In this document: one piece after another, positions 60,272-64,000 of the stretch
Position numbering within the stretch: position 1 is the stretch's first letter
How the letters are laid out: the number at the start of each line of letters is the position of its first letter
Assembly: GCA_963924565.1 (NCBI GenBank)
Contig: OZ004613.1
Span: 13,330,001 to 13,394,000 of the forward strand
Direction: 5' to 3'
Length of the DNA stretch: 64,000 nt
DNA from: Ascidiella aspersa
Lineage: Eukaryota
The notes under the pieces: generated by a model
Told to the model about the DNA's origin: nothing
The model's input: only the letters and a program-made list of their open reading frames with translations
Database searches by the model: none
Position numbers and translations under genes: made by a program

Positions 60272-61855
60272 CTTGTTGGCAATCCCAACAGACTACGTTG
60301 TATAGCGCTGAATTTCTAAACAAAATACCTGTTAAATTTCGGTTTTGATGCTCATAAAAGATAGCCGAGGTTCAGCTTTTGTGTTATTTAAGCACGGTTG
60401 TAGTGACTAGGATGAGGCCTGTTGTTTTGCACGGCTATCAACCAACATTAACAATAAACGCTTTTTTAAATACTAACCCATATTATGGCATTTAATGCCT
60501 TGTTGACTCGGGTCACTTGTAAGACCTAATTTTTAAAAGTTAAATGTCAAGAGCACTGTGCAAAACAAGTCCTTCATTTATGGCATAAAATATTGGCCTA
60601 TATTGTAATTTTGTTACATCGCAAGTTGCAAAACCACGCACCCATTTAATGCAATACCGGAAACCCTAACTTATACAAACCATGTTAAAAATACCGATAA
60701 TGGCGCGGTTCCATTTTGTGACGAAATGTAAAGATTTTAAGTTAAATAAAGTAACTCATCAATTTTTTTTGTACGATTATAAACCATAAAAGATCACAAA
60801 AGCAAACAAACTAGCAAGAAAATATTTTAAAACTTAGACTCAAACTAAAATCACTTTAGTAACCTGCTTTGTGACCTAGATACAACCTGTACTAAGTTAA
60901 TGTGCAACGAAAACGGATTTCGCAACCCAGACAAAGTATACACTGACTGAAGCTCGACACACAACACAATTCAGAATATTGCATGTTTGCTACTGCTGGA
61001 AGACAAACAAACGAAATACCTTTTGCTGTGACTTGTTTATGGCCAAAGGTTACTAGTTGGATTCGCCAATCGAGCACTCATCCGACTCGAAAGGCTTATC
61101 GTTATTTTAATTGTTCGGTCAAGAAAAAACCACGCACCAAATTACGCGAGTTTAAACATACTAAACAAACTGAATCTGAACGTAAAATAAATACTTTTTT
61201 AGGGTCAAATGCAACAGGTGACAGTAAATCAACTACTAAACTGTTGTTTTTTGGTGTTGTTTTGCTTATTGTAATAATGAAGTTGGTTTGCACTGAGTGT
61301 ATAATTACAAAAATTGGGTGACTGTGTTTTGTGTTTTGTAGTTTTATACCTCTGGACTCAAAAATAGTATATTTGCAATGGTAAAACTTAGCTTGAGTCG
61401 GCCATAACAAAAATCGAAACAACCTAGTCATTTTGTGCTGTTATACATAGACGAGTAGTTTTATCATATCATGAGACAAGGGTGAATGAAATCTGGAGAT
61501 AGATGCTAGGGGTGAACAAAACTAAAAAAGTTTAAGAAGCACTGCTCTATACTGTCTCCTCTATTAAGACCATTGTTCAATTGTCCAAAACCCTATATCC
61601 GCCCCTGACAGTCAATAATGTTTTTTTATGATAAAGTACCCAAAAACTAACCATTTTGGATATAAGTGTGATTAAATTTTATTACGACTCGCATGAACCT
61701 TTTTGGGTTTGGAAAGACTCTGCGAAAATTAAAGCACGTTAGGCAAAAATATGAAAACATAATTAAAAATGGAAGTAAACAATATAACTTGGTGGCACTG
61801 ATTGCAATCACAAAGTTTTTCTTTCTACAGGCCTAAATAATTTCATGTACACCGA

Positions 61856-62234
61856 TGTTGTAAATTAACCTAAAATTGTATCGCTTTTCCACTTTTGCAC
61901 CTCATCTTTCACGCTTTATTTCTAATCTTATCACGTTTTTCGTTGGCGCCTAATTACTTACGTTTGACACACACAGCCTTTTTCTCTCGGTTGTATTTGG
62001 CGTACCCGAAATCCAATGTGGGCAGTCGCGTTTTGGGGCTAGCTGGAGTTGATTCATTTTAAAAACCCTGGGAATTTACGTTATTGTCACATTTTTAGGC
62101 GTTGGCCGCTTTCCGTTATTTTAGTGTTTTAGTATTTTATTGTCGCTTATTTTAATACATTTAAAATACACGCGTTGTAGCGCTTGGCAGTCAGCAGGCC
62201 GTTAAGTAGAGTTCTGGAATAGTTTGGTGTAACA
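61856..62234 (+). repeat. 5' LTR of Ty3/Gypsy element
   Basis: Homology to the P450 3' flank stops at ..GTACACCGA|TGTTG; the segment ends ..TGTAACA and is followed 3 nt later by a PBS. The start could be shifted by a few nt. Confidence 0.75.
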
Positions 62235-62237
62235 AAT

Positions 62238-62255
62238 TGGCGAGCACCCCAGGAC
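62238..62255 (+). other. Primer-binding site, resembling the complement of a tRNA-Arg 3' end
   Basis: TGGCGAGCACCCCAGGAC versus the typical Arg PBS TGGCGAGCCAGCCAGGAG. Confidence 0.6.
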
Positions 62256-64000
62256 TCTATACAGTCGAGGGGAGAAGCGCTACATGCACCATGTCTTTTA
62301 CGTTGCTACCGCCTTTTTATAGATCGGGCGACAACTTTAAACCGTTTTTACCAGTTTAGAATCGTATTGCAGGAGCATTGCAGCCAATGAAGATGTTAAG
62401 AGACATTTATTATTGACATGTCTTGACCGTGATTTTTTGTTTGATATAAGTGACGGCGCAAGTAGCCTGTACGAACTATTGAACGCTATAATTGAACTTG
62501 CTTTAGCGGCCAACGGCGAAAAATGTGGCTATGATAAACGTGACCAGTTACTAGAAAGGGGTCAAATGGTTAAAGAAAGCATAAGGGAATACGTTTATAG
62601 TTTGCAAACCCTTGGCGAACAAGCTTACCCAGACGGCGGCGACAAGCCGATAAAAAGTGAGGTTATGTATCGGGCTCTACTGCGCGGCTTGAGCGACAGA
62701 ACACTCGCCACTGCAATTATAGTAAGGACGCTTCAATAAAGCGCGACTTTACTAAAGCCGCGAAGATGGCTGTCCACGCAAGCATTGCGTGCCAACCCTC
62801 ACAGAATGTAAGCCACATTAGCAATAATGGTACGACGGAGAGTGCCGCTGCAGACCCCGTCTTTTCAGCTTTCCGAATGGAATTCCAACGCCAAACGGGG
62901 GATTTTATGGAAACCATCGACCATCTGCGACAAGAGGTAGCCGACCTTCGATCCGACCAATACCAGCCACTGGACCAGGAAGCCAGCAAGTTTGACCATG
63001 GTGCCTAAACAGTCTATCGTACAAATCGCATCTGATCAAAGGCCTCATTCCTTCGTTAATATTATGATCCAAAACCTGCCAGTGTGCGCCCTTGTTGATA
63101 CGGGTCCAGCAGTTACTACCATTACGAGAAAAGTGTGGAACTGTTTGAAGGCTAAAGTTAAACGTACCCTGTCGAAGTGTCCCGAAACCCTGTCATTTGC
63201 CAATGCTGACGGCCACAAACTAAATATGGATGTTTACTTCCAGTACAACGAGTGCGCCGTTTGTTACCTAAACAAGATCTTGAAGATCGACAACAGCAGC
63301 GCACCTCTACTCGATATGCCATTCAAGATCGGAAGCCGAGACGTCTTTCACGAAGATAAAGTCCTGATCCCACCGTCCACAAAGGTTTGTATTCCAGCCT
63401 ATTTTATTCATAGTTCTGAACGTCGTCTAGTACCTACCCATTCTGTACTTATTGAAGGGAGACCCGAGATAATTGATAAATATGGTGAAATGATCGGATC
63501 ATATTTAACGACAACTGAAGGCTGTTTAGTGCAGGCTCGAATAGCAAATTGGACCGCGACGACGCTATCGAGCTGCCTGAGGGCACTTTGAGGGCACCCA
63601 TTCTAATTTCCAGGGATGTTGCATATATTCCAAGTGGTACTTGTGTCACAGTTGAGTCGTTAACACAACCACCAGGAATGCGTGGACTTTTCTTGTCCTA
63701 CCCAACATAGCGTCAGCTCCGTATATCCAACTGAAGAAAACCTGAAGGATTTTACAGACGACATTGAAATAGCGGCCTTACAACAAGCGAGCTCGCACGG
63801 TACAGGCGTTACTGCAAAGGTATCGAAGATCGTTCGCTACCGACTCTGCAGAGATTGGACGAACAGATCTCGCCGAACATGTGATTAACATCGGAGATGC
63901 TCGCCCAGTGCGACAACCCTTTCGTCGGATGGCATCACCCGAAAAGAAGAAAGTGGAGGAAATACTATACGAGATGAAGACCCAGGGTCTTATACATCCA

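Larger units (their letters stand above)
30504..61855 (-). repeat. Tandem segmental array of ~8-9 kb P450 units (copies 2-5 plus start of a sixth)
   Basis: Introns and intergenic DNA recur near-identically; e.g. spurious ORF MF(A/S)TAGRQTNE.. at 39121, 47405, 52993, 60983, and CTCTGCGAAAATTAAAGCACG at ~30938, ~39801, ~53243, ~61717. Confidence 0.9.
61856..64000 (+). mobile_element. Ty3/Gypsy LTR retrotransposon, decayed gag-pro-pol, continues past window end
   Basis: Frameshifted gag from ATG 62291 (..QMVKESIREYVYSLQTLGEQAYP..); aspartic protease ALVDTGPAVTTI in ORF 62992-63591; RT leader INIGDARPVRQPFRRMASPEKKKVEEILYEMKTQGLIHP at ~63885-64000; several stops and frameshifts. Confidence 0.9.

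Overview
AT-rich eukaryotic (metazoan invertebrate; ascidian/tunicate-like, taxon not provable from sequence alone) genomic DNA with short spliceosomal introns. (1) 135-13769 (+): the 5'-truncated body (20 exons traced) of a CACHD1/alpha2delta-family gene (dCache-VWA-dCache, Cys-rich stalk, one TM helix, Pro-rich tail exon). An in-frame TAG sits immediately after the TM helix. (2) ~13.8-21.7 kb: intergenic DNA with a decayed Penelope-like element carrying a hammerhead-ribozyme core, plus hAT derivatives. (3) 21780-61855 (-): a head-to-tail cytochrome P450 (clan 4-like) array. It holds one diverged gene, three near-identical intact 11-exon genes, one copy reduced to exon 1 by a hAT-bounded deletion, and the 3' flank of a probable sixth copy. 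The P450s have an atypical I-helix ([14 protein letters not shown]), no Pro-rich hinge, and a GC-AG first intron that is GT in one copy. (4) 61856-64000 (+): 5' LTR, PBS and decayed gag-pro-pol of a Ty3/Gypsy element. All exon boundaries were read by eye and checked for frame continuity; no database searches were run.
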